DNA of 64,000 nt from Ignavibacteriota bacterium (GTDB taxonomy: Bacteria; Bacteroidota; Ignavibacteria; SZUA-365), in NCBI GenBank assembly GCA_016218045.1, contig JACRFB010000010.1, positions 8,101-72,100 on the forward strand, in the 5' to 3' direction. The notes beneath the pieces are model-generated. The model was not told where the DNA came from and ran no database searches. It saw nothing but the letters and a program-made list of their open reading frames with translations. Each line of letters begins with the position of its first letter. Position 1 is the first letter of the stretch. A program made the translations under genes and the position numbers. Of the stretch, positions 1-8,436 are shown piece after piece.

Positions 1-625
1 TCAGTCCAACAACGGCATCGCGTGCTATCGCTCGCGCATTCCCATCGTCCCCGTCGAGCTCAGCACCTTCAAGGCCGAGCGCAACGGCGGAAACATCGAC
101 CTCCGTTGGGAAGTCACGATTGAAGTGAACAACTACGGCTTCCAGATCGACCGCAGCTTCAACGGCGGCGGCACATGGGAAACCATCGGCTTCGTCCGCG
201 GCCGCGGCACGACCAAGACGCCGACTGCGTATACACACAGCGATCCTGTGACGGACATCCACAACTCCGTGGGTCACGTGCAGTACCGCCTGCGTCAGGT
301 GGACACCGACGGCAAGACCACGGTGTCGCCGGTTGTCGACGTGTACATGAACGGCGCCGCGAACGGCATCGAGCTGTCGCAGAACTACCCGAATCCGTTC
401 AACCCGACCACGTCGATCAGCTACCAGCTTCAGAAGCCGGGGTACGTGACGCTGAAAGTCTTCAATCCGATCGGCGAAGAAATCGGCACACTGGTCAACG
501 AGAGCAAGGATGCCGGCGTGCACATGGTGACCTTCAACGCAGCGGATCTCACCAGCGGCACCTATGTGTATCAGATCAATGTCGACGGCCAGATTCTCCA
601 GAAGAAGATGGTCCTGATGAAATAA
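1..625 (+). CDS. 3' part of a secreted protein with a T9SS (Por-type, TIGR04183-like) C-terminal sorting domain; the reading frame is open from window position 2, so the gene is 5'-truncated by the window edge
   Basis: C-terminal motif LSQNYPNPFNPTTSISYQL...VTLKVFNPIGEEIGTLV...SGTYVYQI matches the T9SS CTD consensus. Translating from nt 2 gives a continuous frame (QSNNGIACYRSR...). The domain family is named from memory of its consensus. Confidence 0.7.
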   Translation, partial: QSNNGIACYRSRIPIVPVELSTFKAERNGGNIDLRWEVTIEVNNYGFQIDRSFNGGGTWETIGFVRGRGTTKTPTAYTHSDPVTDIHNSVGHVQYRLRQVDTDGKTTVSPVVDVYMNGAANGIELSQNYPNPFNPTTSISYQLQKPGYVTLKVFNPIGEEIGTLVNESKDAGVHMVTFNAADLTSGTYVYQINVDGQILQKKMVLMK

Positions 626-651
626 TTCCGGCGGACCACCGCCACACAAAG

Positions 652-683
652 CCGTCCTCTCCGGAGGACGGCTTTTTTATTTT
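652..683 (+). terminator. Rho-independent terminator of the upstream T9SS cargo gene
   Basis: Hairpin ccgtcctc-tccg-gaggacgg (652-671) followed by cTTTTTTATTTT, 26 nt after the stop codon. Confidence 0.75.
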
Positions 684-740
684 CCGCGGGAACAAAATCA
701 TCGCTTCGCGAGTACAAGGGAAAAGGCGGGGCGTCCAGAT

Positions 741-1433
741 TTGACGGATCCGCCGACTCAGTCACGAGACATAGGGGGGCACATGGAAGAGCGCGGCGTA
801 CAGGATCCTTTCGATTTCGAGGACAGGATGGCGCACAGAGCCGGACCGGCAGCGGAGGATGCGGCTCAACGGCAGGACGAGACCGCCAACACACAGGACG
901 AGACCCCCAACACACAGGACGAGACCCCCAACACACACGAAGGGGCAGTCAACACCCACGACGAGGGCTTCCACACGCACGACGGGACTCGCGCCGCACA
1001 CGACGAAGCCGTCAACACGCACGACGAGGCCGGGGTGAACTCGGAGGCCCTCTGGGATGACGATGAGGAAATCGACGCGGAACTGCAGGCCATGATCGAT
1101 CACGATCTCGCGATTCTGGATCGAGAGTGGGCGGAAGGCAGGGCATTCCTCGACCTGGAAGGACATTCGGGAGGACATTGTCCGTTCTGTGACATGATGG
1201 GAAAAAAGAGCGAGACATCCGGTTTTATCGGCGGGATCTTCGACGATGACGGGAACCGCGTCGATCCGGCGTCCATACCGATGCCCGGAATCTGCATCAT
1301 GTGCAAGACCTACGACACGGATAGCTGGGGCGAGGAGATCCTGTGCATGCTCACGCGCTACGACGCCATGCACGACGATGAGGAGTTCCGCTGCAGCGGC
1401 TTCTCGCCGAAGTTCGGCGGACGACTTCCGTGA
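741..1433 (+). CDS. Acidic hypothetical protein with tandem heptad repeats (QDETxNT / NTHDE) and a Cys-rich C-terminal module (CPFC...CIMC...C..RC); an alternative start is at 783 (MEERG)
   Basis: ORF of 230 aa with internal 21-bp repeats. The C-terminal region carries four CxxC-like cysteine pairs, a possible zinc ribbon. No recognisable family. Confidence 0.45.
   Translation: MTDPPTQSRDIGGHMEERGVQDPFDFEDRMAHRAGPAAEDAAQRQDETANTQDETPNTQDETPNTHEGAVNTHDEGFHTHDGTRAAHDEAVNTHDEAGVNSEALWDDDEEIDAELQAMIDHDLAILDREWAEGRAFLDLEGHSGGHCPFCDMMGKKSETSGFIGGIFDDDGNRVDPASIPMPGICIMCKTYDTDSWGEEILCMLTRYDAMHDDEEFRCSGFSPKFGGRLP
873..935 (+). repeat. Perfect/near-perfect 21-bp tandem repeat x3 (caggacgagacc[g/c]ccaacaca) inside the 741-1433 CDS, followed by degenerate copies up to about 1030
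   Basis: Read directly: units at 873-893, 894-914 and 915-935. They encode QDETANT/QDETPNT/QDETPNT. Confidence 0.8.
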
Positions 1434-1439
1434 GCGGAG

Positions 1440-2276
1440 TCAGGACTCGCGGAACTCGAACGGCGCCGTATCGTCCGGTCGGGGCACGTCCGCCCAGTGA
1501 CCCGACGGATCCGATCCCCTGCACACGATGCTGTGCCGATTCCAGTCCCAGTACGCGCGCACCGACGGTGGACAGTAACGGAGCGTGAGACCGCAACGGC
1601 GCCTGTCCGACATGTTCGCACGCGATCCATGCACCAACAGATCGGAGTGAATGGAAATCTCTCCCGAGCGAAGCTGCACATCCTCGGGTTCGCCATAGTC
1701 CGCGATCGCATCGATGGCCTGTGTGAGGACGTTGTCTTCGTCTGGAGCCGTCTCGCGCCAGGGCAGATGGCCATGCAGATGCGAACCGGGCAGCACCCTC
1801 ATGCAGCCGTTGTCCGTATCAACATCATCGATCGCGAGCCACACGGTGACCGTCCGCGACGGTGTCAACGCCCAATACGAGCAGTCCTGATGCCAGGCGA
1901 CTTCGCGCGGATCACCGGGCAGTTTGCAGAAAAAGTGTGTGGCCCAGCAGATCACATCCGGTCCGATGAGGTCCGAAACAACATCGACGATGCGGGGATG
2001 TGTCGCGCAGTCGTGTATCATCGCGATACGGTCCTGATACCGGTCGATCGCATAGCTGTTGCGGCCGCTGCGCAGAAACGTTTCGAGAAGTTGATCAAAG
2101 CGTGTCCGCACATCCCGCATCTCGGATTCATTCAACGCGGGGAGACCCGCGAGGAAGCCGCGCTCATTGAAGCGATCCACGTCGGCGGCGCTCAGCACGC
2201 GGCCGTCCGCGGGATGTGCCGGGAAAAACCGCAGATCCCTCTCCAGAGCCGACACACGTCTGTCGTGTTCAGCCAT
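1440..2276 (-). CDS. PhyH-family (phytanoyl-CoA dioxygenase-like) Fe(II)/2-oxoglutarate-dependent oxygenase
   Basis: HxD...H facial triad context (WHQDCSYWAL ... MRVLPGSHLHGH). The start is taken at the internal ATG 2276 (MAEHDRR), which overlaps the upstream gene's stop by 8 nt (ATGGCTGA). The track ORF extends to 2411. Confidence 0.65.
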   Translation of the reverse strand: MAEHDRRVSALERDLRFFPAHPADGRVLSAADVDRFNERGFLAGLPALNESEMRDVRTRFDQLLETFLRSGRNSYAIDRYQDRIAMIHDCATHPRIVDVVSDLIGPDVICWATHFFCKLPGDPREVAWHQDCSYWALTPSRTVTVWLAIDDVDTDNGCMRVLPGSHLHGHLPWRETAPDEDNVLTQAIDAIADYGEPEDVQLRSGEISIHSDLLVHGSRANMSDRRRCGLTLRYCPPSVRAYWDWNRHSIVCRGSDPSGHWADVPRPDDTAPFEFRES

Positions 2277-3441
2277 GCCCGTGTCCATCGTACACGCAGG
2301 CGCGCGCCTCGTCGGCGAAGGCCCGCAGCAGGCGCGCTTCGGCGTGGAAGAAGTGATCGGACGGCGAGAGGATGTATGCCCCGTTTCCCCCTGCCTGTTG
2401 AAAGCAGGCACGCACCGCAGCCCGAGTTTCCTCCTCCGTGCATCCGGCGAAGTGGCGGTTCTGGTTGAAGCCCCCGATCATGCATGCGCGGCCGTCGATC
2501 CGCGACGCGGCTTCGGCCAGATCCACATCACCACCCATCTCTTCCGGTGTGAAGGTTTCTATCGCATCCGGCTTCATGGCCAGCACGAGGTCGAGCACCG
2601 GCATGATGCCGCCGCAGATGTGGTACACCACGCGTTGCCCCGCTTCATGCATGGCTTCGATGAGAGGCGCATCGTAGGGCGCGACAAACTCCTCGAAAAT
2701 TGCGGGCGAGATAACCGTGGCCGACGCGTCGCCGCCGCCAAGTTCGATCAGGTCGTATGGCGCGCCCTTCAGCGAACGTATCCAGCCGAGTTTTCGCCGC
2801 TGGAGGACTGCAAGGAATTCGTGCACCCAGACCGGGTCGTCGTAGGTCGCGAGAATCAGTTCCTCGATGCCGTATAACACCGCTGCATCCTGCCAGCAGC
2901 CCGGCTGTCCGTACACTTCAAAACCGGGGACGGCACCACGAAGCAGCGCATCTCCACGCCGCTCGCGCGCATACTGCCGTAGTTCCTCGACATCACAGCG
3001 CAACGCGGGCGCATGGCGGGCGAGCACGTCGATATCACGGCGAAGGCGTAGAGGACGTTCCGTCACCCAGGTGGTGTGCCTGTCGCTCTGCAGGACTGTG
3101 CGCAACGCGCCGCCGGGTGTCTCCACAACAACGGAGACCGTCGTATAGCGGTCGTGCGCGAGCGGCGTCTCGGTGATACGCCACGAATCGGAAAGGACAC
3201 GCCTCGCGGCGTAGGGGCCGGGATCGTGCGCTGGATCGAGGATTTCTCCATGATCCGCATCGGGCGAAAAAGCCGCGTGCCAGCGAACCGGATCGAGACC
3301 TGTCTCGCGCCAGAATCCATCTTCGTCGCGACCGCCTTCAAAGTCCGCAAGAAACGATGGCATGAGATGATGCGTCGTGGCGGGGAGCCGGTCGGGCGCC
3401 TTGCAATCGAGTGCCATGAGCAAGCGTTCACGCGAGGTCAT
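2269..3441 (-). CDS. Uroporphyrinogen-decarboxylase (URO-D) family zinc methyltransferase, MtaA/MtbA/CmuA-like (corrinoid:thiol or methyl-ether methyltransferase type)
   Basis: N-terminus RERLLMALDCKAPDRLP and overall URO-D-like architecture. Putative Zn ligands HxC (VVYHICGG) plus a downstream Cys (RACMIGG), as in MtaA rather than true HemE. ATGA start/stop overlap with the upstream gene at 3438-3441. Confidence 0.7.
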   Translation of the reverse strand: MTSRERLLMALDCKAPDRLPATTHHLMPSFLADFEGGRDEDGFWRETGLDPVRWHAAFSPDADHGEILDPAHDPGPYAARRVLSDSWRITETPLAHDRYTTVSVVVETPGGALRTVLQSDRHTTWVTERPLRLRRDIDVLARHAPALRCDVEELRQYARERRGDALLRGAVPGFEVYGQPGCWQDAAVLYGIEELILATYDDPVWVHEFLAVLQRRKLGWIRSLKGAPYDLIELGGGDASATVISPAIFEEFVAPYDAPLIEAMHEAGQRVVYHICGGIMPVLDLVLAMKPDAIETFTPEEMGGDVDLAEAASRIDGRACMIGGFNQNRHFAGCTEEETRAAVRACFQQAGGNGAYILSPSDHFFHAEARLLRAFADEARACVYDGHGHG

Positions 3442-4193
3442 ATCCGGTCTCCGCTGCTTTCCGCCTCATCCGTGGAGGGCGTGGATTCGACGCGGTACAT
3501 GCAGTCGAACGAGTCGCAGTCCGCACAGCCGTGCGGCAAAGACACCACGCCGGATCCCAGGCCGATGATGCCGGAGACCGATTTGATCGGTGACATCATC
3601 GACGACTCCGACAGCCGCACTCCGCAGTGTGCCCCCGCGAGCAGATCAAAAAGGACTCGTTGATCCGATACGGACCAGCCGCAATATCCGGGGCTGTAGC
3701 GGTTGGACGTCCCGCACTCCCGTCGCAGCGCTTCTTCCCGGACCATCTCATGCAGGGCGGCCGCGCACGCTTCCGCGAACACGGAGCCAACGGCGTCGAG
3801 AAGAAAGTGATCGAAGGGATCATGAGCGTGTGTTGTATTCTCGAGGGCCTCCTGAAACGCCGCGCCCGTGGTGGCAAGGAATACCGCGAGTTCGACGGCG
3901 CCTTCGAGCTGTGAGGTGATGCGGGGGCCGCAGGCGAATTCCTTTTCGTGGAGACCCACAATGCCCTGCATCGTGTTGATACGCGCGAGCGGCAGCACAC
4001 GCACCGCGGCGCGGGCGTTGCGGCCGAGGCCGTCGAGCCGCGCGCAGTGAGCATCGATGCCCTCGCGGATCACGTCGGGTGCGCCGCCCTCCGCGTATCC
4101 GAGTCGTCTTTCGACCTTTCCGTGTGTCACTACGTCGGCAACGCCCTGCGGGAAGAGGACGTGCACATCAAACTGCCGCGCCTCGCGGATCAT
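3438..4193 (-). CDS. Stand-alone methionine synthase (MetH) activation/reactivation domain protein (Met_synt_B12-like)
   Basis: About 250 aa protein. I attribute its similarity to the MetH C-terminal AdoMet-binding reactivation domain from sequence memory only (region ...RYSPGYCGWSVSDQRVLFDLL...). The start is taken at ATG 4193 (MIREARQ), which forms an ATGA overlap with the corrinoid-protein stop. The track ORF extends to 4217. Confidence 0.55.
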   Translation of the reverse strand: MIREARQFDVHVLFPQGVADVVTHGKVERRLGYAEGGAPDVIREGIDAHCARLDGLGRNARAAVRVLPLARINTMQGIVGLHEKEFACGPRITSQLEGAVELAVFLATTGAAFQEALENTTHAHDPFDHFLLDAVGSVFAEACAAALHEMVREEALRRECGTSNRYSPGYCGWSVSDQRVLFDLLAGAHCGVRLSESSMMSPIKSVSGIIGLGSGVVSLPHGCADCDSFDCMYRVESTPSTDEAESSGDRI

Positions 4194-4882
4194 ACCTCCG
4201 CCACAGGCGCGATACACGCGCGGAGAAAGTCGACGGCGCTCTGCGGATCCGCGCCATAGGCATCCGCGCCGATGGAGGCGGCGAAGGCGGCGGTCACGGG
4301 CGCTCCGCCGACGATGACGGGTGTGTTCGGAACCGCGGCGTGCACGGCGTCGACAACCTCGCGCATGTGCAGCATGGTGGTTGTGAGCAACGCGCTGACA
4401 CCGACGGCGCAGCCGGGATGCGCGCGCGCCGCTTCGGCAAAGGTCTCGGGCGGCACATCGGTTCCGAGATCGACCACCTCGTATCCCGCCCCGGTTGCAA
4501 TCATGGCGACGAGCTTTTTACCGATGTCGTGCAGGTCGCCGCGGACCGTCCCGATGACAAAGGTGCCGCGCTGCAGAATGTCGTGGGCGCGGAAGTGCGG
4601 TTCGAGATGCGCCATACCCGCGGCCATGGCGCGGGCGGCCAACAGCACGTCGGGCACAAAAACGCGTTTGTCGCGAAACAGCTCTCCGATGCGCGCCATG
4701 CCGGGAATCAATCCCTCGTCGAGCACACGCTGCGGCGGGATGGCGTGTGCCTCGAGCGCGCGCCTCGTCAATTCGTCGGCCCCGTCCTGCCCGCGCAAAT
4801 CGGGCGGATGTGGTGAGGCGGCGTCGCGTTTCCCGCGTTCAACGCATAGTGCAAGGGCTTCGAGAAGTTGCCTGTCGTCCAT
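4190..4882 (-). CDS. Corrinoid (cobalamin-binding) protein, MtaC/MtbC-like: N-terminal helical cap plus a Rossmann-like B12-binding domain
   Basis: DxHxxG B12-binding signature GDLHDIGKKLV, followed by G-rich Rossmann segments (AMIATGAGYEVVDLG, VGVSALLTTT). The start is probably ATG 4882 (MDDRQLLEAL); the track ORF runs to 4912. Confidence 0.7.
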   Translation of the reverse strand: MDDRQLLEALALCVERGKRDAASPHPPDLRGQDGADELTRRALEAHAIPPQRVLDEGLIPGMARIGELFRDKRVFVPDVLLAARAMAAGMAHLEPHFRAHDILQRGTFVIGTVRGDLHDIGKKLVAMIATGAGYEVVDLGTDVPPETFAEAARAHPGCAVGVSALLTTTMLHMREVVDAVHAAVPNTPVIVGGAPVTAAFAASIGADAYGADPQSAVDFLRACIAPVAEV

Positions 4883-4942
4883 GAGAAAAAAGATACTGCG
4901 CGCACGGTTCATTTGGGAATCATCCGTCGCGGTATCCTGGCG

Positions 4943-4974
4943 CGAAAAAAACAGCGCCTCATGGATGAGGCGCT
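4943..4974 (-). terminator. Rho-independent terminator downstream of ftsZ (end of the dcw transcription unit)
   Basis: On the minus strand: hairpin agcgcctcat-cc-atgaggcgct (4953-4974) followed by GTTTTTTTCGCG (A-run 4943-4951 on plus), 40 nt after the ftsZ stop. Confidence 0.6.
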
Positions 4975-5013
4975 TGGAGGATCTTCGGGGGGAGTTGGAT
5001 GGAGGGTGTGTGC

Positions 5014-6204
5014 CTAATCCATGATCCTCCTGAGGAAAGGAGCTTTTTCGCGTTCAACGCGCTGATGCTGCTGCGTATCGTGTTCCGCCTCGCTCTCATC
5101 CTCGACGGGCCGCGGGTACTTGCGGATGTATGCCGGAGGATCGAGGTCCTTGAGTTCGGTCAGTCCCGAAGGGATGTGCAGGGGACGCGCGGCCGCCATG
5201 GGTTTCGCGGCGGGCATGGTCGGACGCCGGCCTCCCACATGACGCTGATTGAAGCCGGTTGCGATGACGGTCACCATCATCTGATCGCCGAGAGTTTCGT
5301 CGAGGACCGCGCCGAAGATCACGTTCGCCTCTTCGCCCGCCGCCTCGGTGATGATGTTGCCGGCTTCCTCGAGCTGCACGATCGACATCTCGGAACCGCC
5401 GGTGAAGTTGATGAGCACGCCGCGTGCGCCGGCGATGGTGACACCCTCGAGCAGCGGGTGTGAAATGGCGTTGTGCGCGGCTTCGACGGCGCAGTTCTCG
5501 CCGCTCGCGATGCCGCTGCCCATGAGCGCGTCGCCCATGTCCTTCATGATGGTTTTCACATCGGCAAAATCGACATTGACGATGCCGCGCTTCGAGATGA
5601 TGTCGGCGATGCCGCGTGTGGCGTTGAAGAGGACCTGATTCGACATGCGGAACGCGTCCGGCACCGACGTGGCCTTTTCCACAAGCGACATCAGCTTCTG
5701 ATTCGGGATCACGATGAGCGTATCGACGTGTTTGCGCAATTCCTCGATTCCCTCTTCGGCCTGCGCCATACGGCGCTTGCCTTCGAAATGGAAGGGTTTG
5801 GACACGATGCCCACAACGAGCGATCCGAGGCCTTTGGCGATGTTTGCCACAACCGGGGCTCCGCCCGTTCCCGTGCCGCCTCCCATGCCCGCGGTGATAA
5901 AGACCATGTCGCTGCCACTGAGGGCCGCGGTGATCTCTTCCTTGTCTTCCTCGATCGCGCGATACCCCACGGAGGGATCGGCGCCCGCGCCCAGACCGCG
6001 CGTGAGGTTTTTCCCGGCCTGGATCTTGTACTGCGCGCCGCTCGAATCCAGCGCCTGGTTGTCGGTGTTGATCGCGATGAACTCGACTGCGTCGAGACCA
6101 CGCGCGATCATGTCGTCCACTGCATTTCCTCCGGCACCGCCCACACCGACGACACGGATTTTCGCCCGGTCGCTGGTCTGCTTGTCCAGCATGATTGGAT
6201 ACAT
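5014..6204 (-). CDS. ftsZ: Cell division GTPase FtsZ
   Basis: Tubulin signature GGGTGTG, N-terminal IRVVGVGGAGGNAV, Pro/Gln-rich C-terminal linker and conserved C-terminal peptide. AGGAGG SD lies 7-13 nt upstream. Confidence 0.95.
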   Translation of the reverse strand: MYPIMLDKQTSDRAKIRVVGVGGAGGNAVDDMIARGLDAVEFIAINTDNQALDSSGAQYKIQAGKNLTRGLGAGADPSVGYRAIEEDKEEITAALSGSDMVFITAGMGGGTGTGGAPVVANIAKGLGSLVVGIVSKPFHFEGKRRMAQAEEGIEELRKHVDTLIVIPNQKLMSLVEKATSVPDAFRMSNQVLFNATRGIADIISKRGIVNVDFADVKTIMKDMGDALMGSGIASGENCAVEAAHNAISHPLLEGVTIAGARGVLINFTGGSEMSIVQLEEAGNIITEAAGEEANVIFGAVLDETLGDQMMVTVIATGFNQRHVGGRRPTMPAAKPMAAARPLHIPSGLTELKDLDPPAYIRKYPRPVEDESEAEHDTQQHQRVEREKAPFLRRIMD

Positions 6205-6293
6205 GATACCCTCCTCAGAGTGTGACTGTGTGGTGATGATGTGTTCTTCTGTATTGCTTCACTGTTTGCTTGGAACCTTGGGAATGAGAGCCG

Positions 6294-7560
6294 TTAGAAT
6301 TGCTCTGTGAACCAGTCGCGCACACGCTCCCACAAGCCGAGAGGCGAGCGGGTGCTGCGCGCCGTGTCGCCGCCCGACTGCACGCCGTAATTGCGGAAAC
6401 CGTGCAGGACGAGGCCGACGCAGGTGCTGTACATCGGATTTTCGGCTTCGGAGACAAGTCCGCCCGAGAAGCCGTTGGGAATGCCGATTTTTACCGGCAT
6501 GCCGAGCACTTCGCGCGCGAGCGCGGCGGTGCCCTTGATGAGGGATCCGCCTCCGGTAAGAACCACGCCCGAGTGCAGATGTTTGGAATAGCCGGACCGC
6601 TTGATTTCGAGAGCCACGATTTCGAGGATCTCCTCCATGCGGGGCTGAATGATCTGGCAGAGGAGACTCCGGCTGATCTCCATCGGTTTGCGTCCGCCTA
6701 TCCCGCGCAGCAGGATGGGCGAATCGTGCACGATCTCGGGCAGGTAGGCGTACCCGTGCTCGCGCTTCAGTTTCTCGGCATCCTCGTTCAGAATGCCAAG
6801 CACCTTGCGGATGTCCTCGGTCACCTTCTTCCCCGCGATCGCGAGCACCGCCGTGTGGCGGATCGTTCTATCTTCGAACACGGCGATGTCGGTGGTGCCG
6901 CCGCCGATATCGACGAGCACTATTCCGACTTCCTTCTCTTCATTGTCCAAAACTGCATAGCTCGATGCGAGCGGTTCGAGGATGAGATCGTTGACCTCGA
7001 AGCCGGCCCGCTCCACGCATTTGTAGATGTTCTGCACGGCGGTGATGCTGCCGGTGATGATGTGCACGTTTCCTTCCATGCGCACGCCCGAGATGCCGAC
7101 GGGATCGTAGATGCCGTCCTGACCGTCGACGATGAATTCCTGCGGGATGACATGGATGATTTTCCTGTCCTGGGGAAGATTGACGCGCTTTGTATCCTGG
7201 ATGAGCCGGTCGACGTCCTTGCGTGTGATTTCGTTGTCGGGATTGCTGATGGCGATGACACCCCGGCTCTGGAAGCTCTGGATATGGTCTCCCGCGACGC
7301 CGACATTGACGGCGCGCACCTTGATGCCCGACTGCACTTCGGCGTTTTGCACGGCCTGTTGTATGGAATAGACGGTCTTGTCTATGTGCGTCACGGTGCC
7401 GCGCGCCATGCCTTCGTTCTCGGCTTTCCCGATCCCCATCACGTTGATGCGGCCATCGGGATCCATCGCGGCGATGATGCAGCACACCTTGGTCGTGCCT
7501 ATGTCGAGGCCGACAACAATGCGCTCCGCCGCGCTTCCGTTCTGGTGTTTACCTTTCATG
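6294..7560 (-). CDS. ftsA: Cell division protein FtsA (actin-like ATPase)
   Basis: IVVGLDIGTTKVCCIIA phosphate-1 motif, VLTGGGS adenosine motif. The start is taken at ATG 7560 (MKGKHQ); the 494-aa track ORF has a spurious 73-aa N-terminal extension overlapping ftsQ. Confidence 0.9.
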
Positions 7561-7569
7561 GATGGCCCG

Positions 7570-8436
7570 TCAATCTTTCTGGATATTTGTTGTGTCGATC
7601 GTGTTGGCAACCGGTCGTGGCGCAGGCCCCTGGCCGGGTGTCCAGCGCACAACCACCTGATCCTTGAAACGCAGGTCGACATATTCGAGTCCGCGGACGT
7701 CATGCTGCAGCGCGAGGTTTTGCCAATAGGCGCGGAAGACGCGCATTGCGCGCGCGACATCGGCGGTCGGATCCACAAGCACGGGCACGCCCGCCTCGAG
7801 TGTGAAAAGGATCACGTCGGTTTTTCCATCGAGGGACGCCTCGGAGAATAAGTGCAGCGCCTCGGGATCATCGAGACGCGCGCGGCGGAGCACATCGAGC
7901 ACCTGGCGCAGTCGGGCGTTTTTCACACGGACACCGGCAGCAAATCCACCAATTCCCTGCGCGCCGGTGATGACGGGGAGGGCATGCATCGGGACGGATG
8001 CCACGGACGGAAGCAGGTAGCCGTCCTCGTCGATAAGCCAGTCGCGTCCACCGACGTTGAGTACAACGGCGATCGGAGCGCGCTCATGAATCTCGATCTC
8101 GAGCGTGGAAGGCGGATTCCGTCGCAGTATCGCCTCACGCACGACAGGATTTGCCTCGATGCGTTTTTTCACCGCCATGAGGTCGATGTCGGCGAGCACG
8201 GTGGTGTCGGGCACGCGCGCGCGCCGCAGAATCTCCTCGGGACTCAACAGGTGCGTGCCGGTGACGACGGCGGTCACCTTCACCGCGTTGTTCATCCAGT
8301 GATTCGCCGCGAGCGAGAGCGATGTCACGAATCCCACGATGGCAAGCAGGGAGAGTCCGACAGGCGAAATGCGCCGTCTGCGTCGAGGCATCGGTGTCAC
8401 CTCGTCGGGAGGTGTGGAAGTCCGTTTGAGTCTCAT
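7570..8436 (-). CDS. ftsQ: Cell division protein FtsQ/DivIB (bitopic, POTRA domain)
   Basis: Basic N-terminus, single TM (ISPVGLSLLAIVGFVTSLSLAA), POTRA-like region. The start is taken at ATG 8436 (MRLKRTS), which forms an ATGA overlap with the murB stop. Confidence 0.75.
   Translation of the reverse strand: MRLKRTSTPPDEVTPMPRRRRRISPVGLSLLAIVGFVTSLSLAANHWMNNAVKVTAVVTGTHLLSPEEILRRARVPDTTVLADIDLMAVKKRIEANPVVREAILRRNPPSTLEIEIHERAPIAVVLNVGGRDWLIDEDGYLLPSVASVPMHALPVITGAQGIGGFAAGVRVKNARLRQVLDVLRRARLDDPEALHLFSEASLDGKTDVILFTLEAGVPVLVDPTADVARAMRVFRAYWQNLALQHDVRGLEYVDLRFKDQVVVRWTPGQGPAPRPVANTIDTTNIQKD

Noticed and set aside
4913-5013. Possible cobalamin riboswitch upstream of the corrinoid-protein operon
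   Set aside because: The intergenic region is only about 100 nt, and most of it is occupied by the ftsZ terminator hairpin and A-run. There is no room for a roughly 200-nt B12 aptamer.
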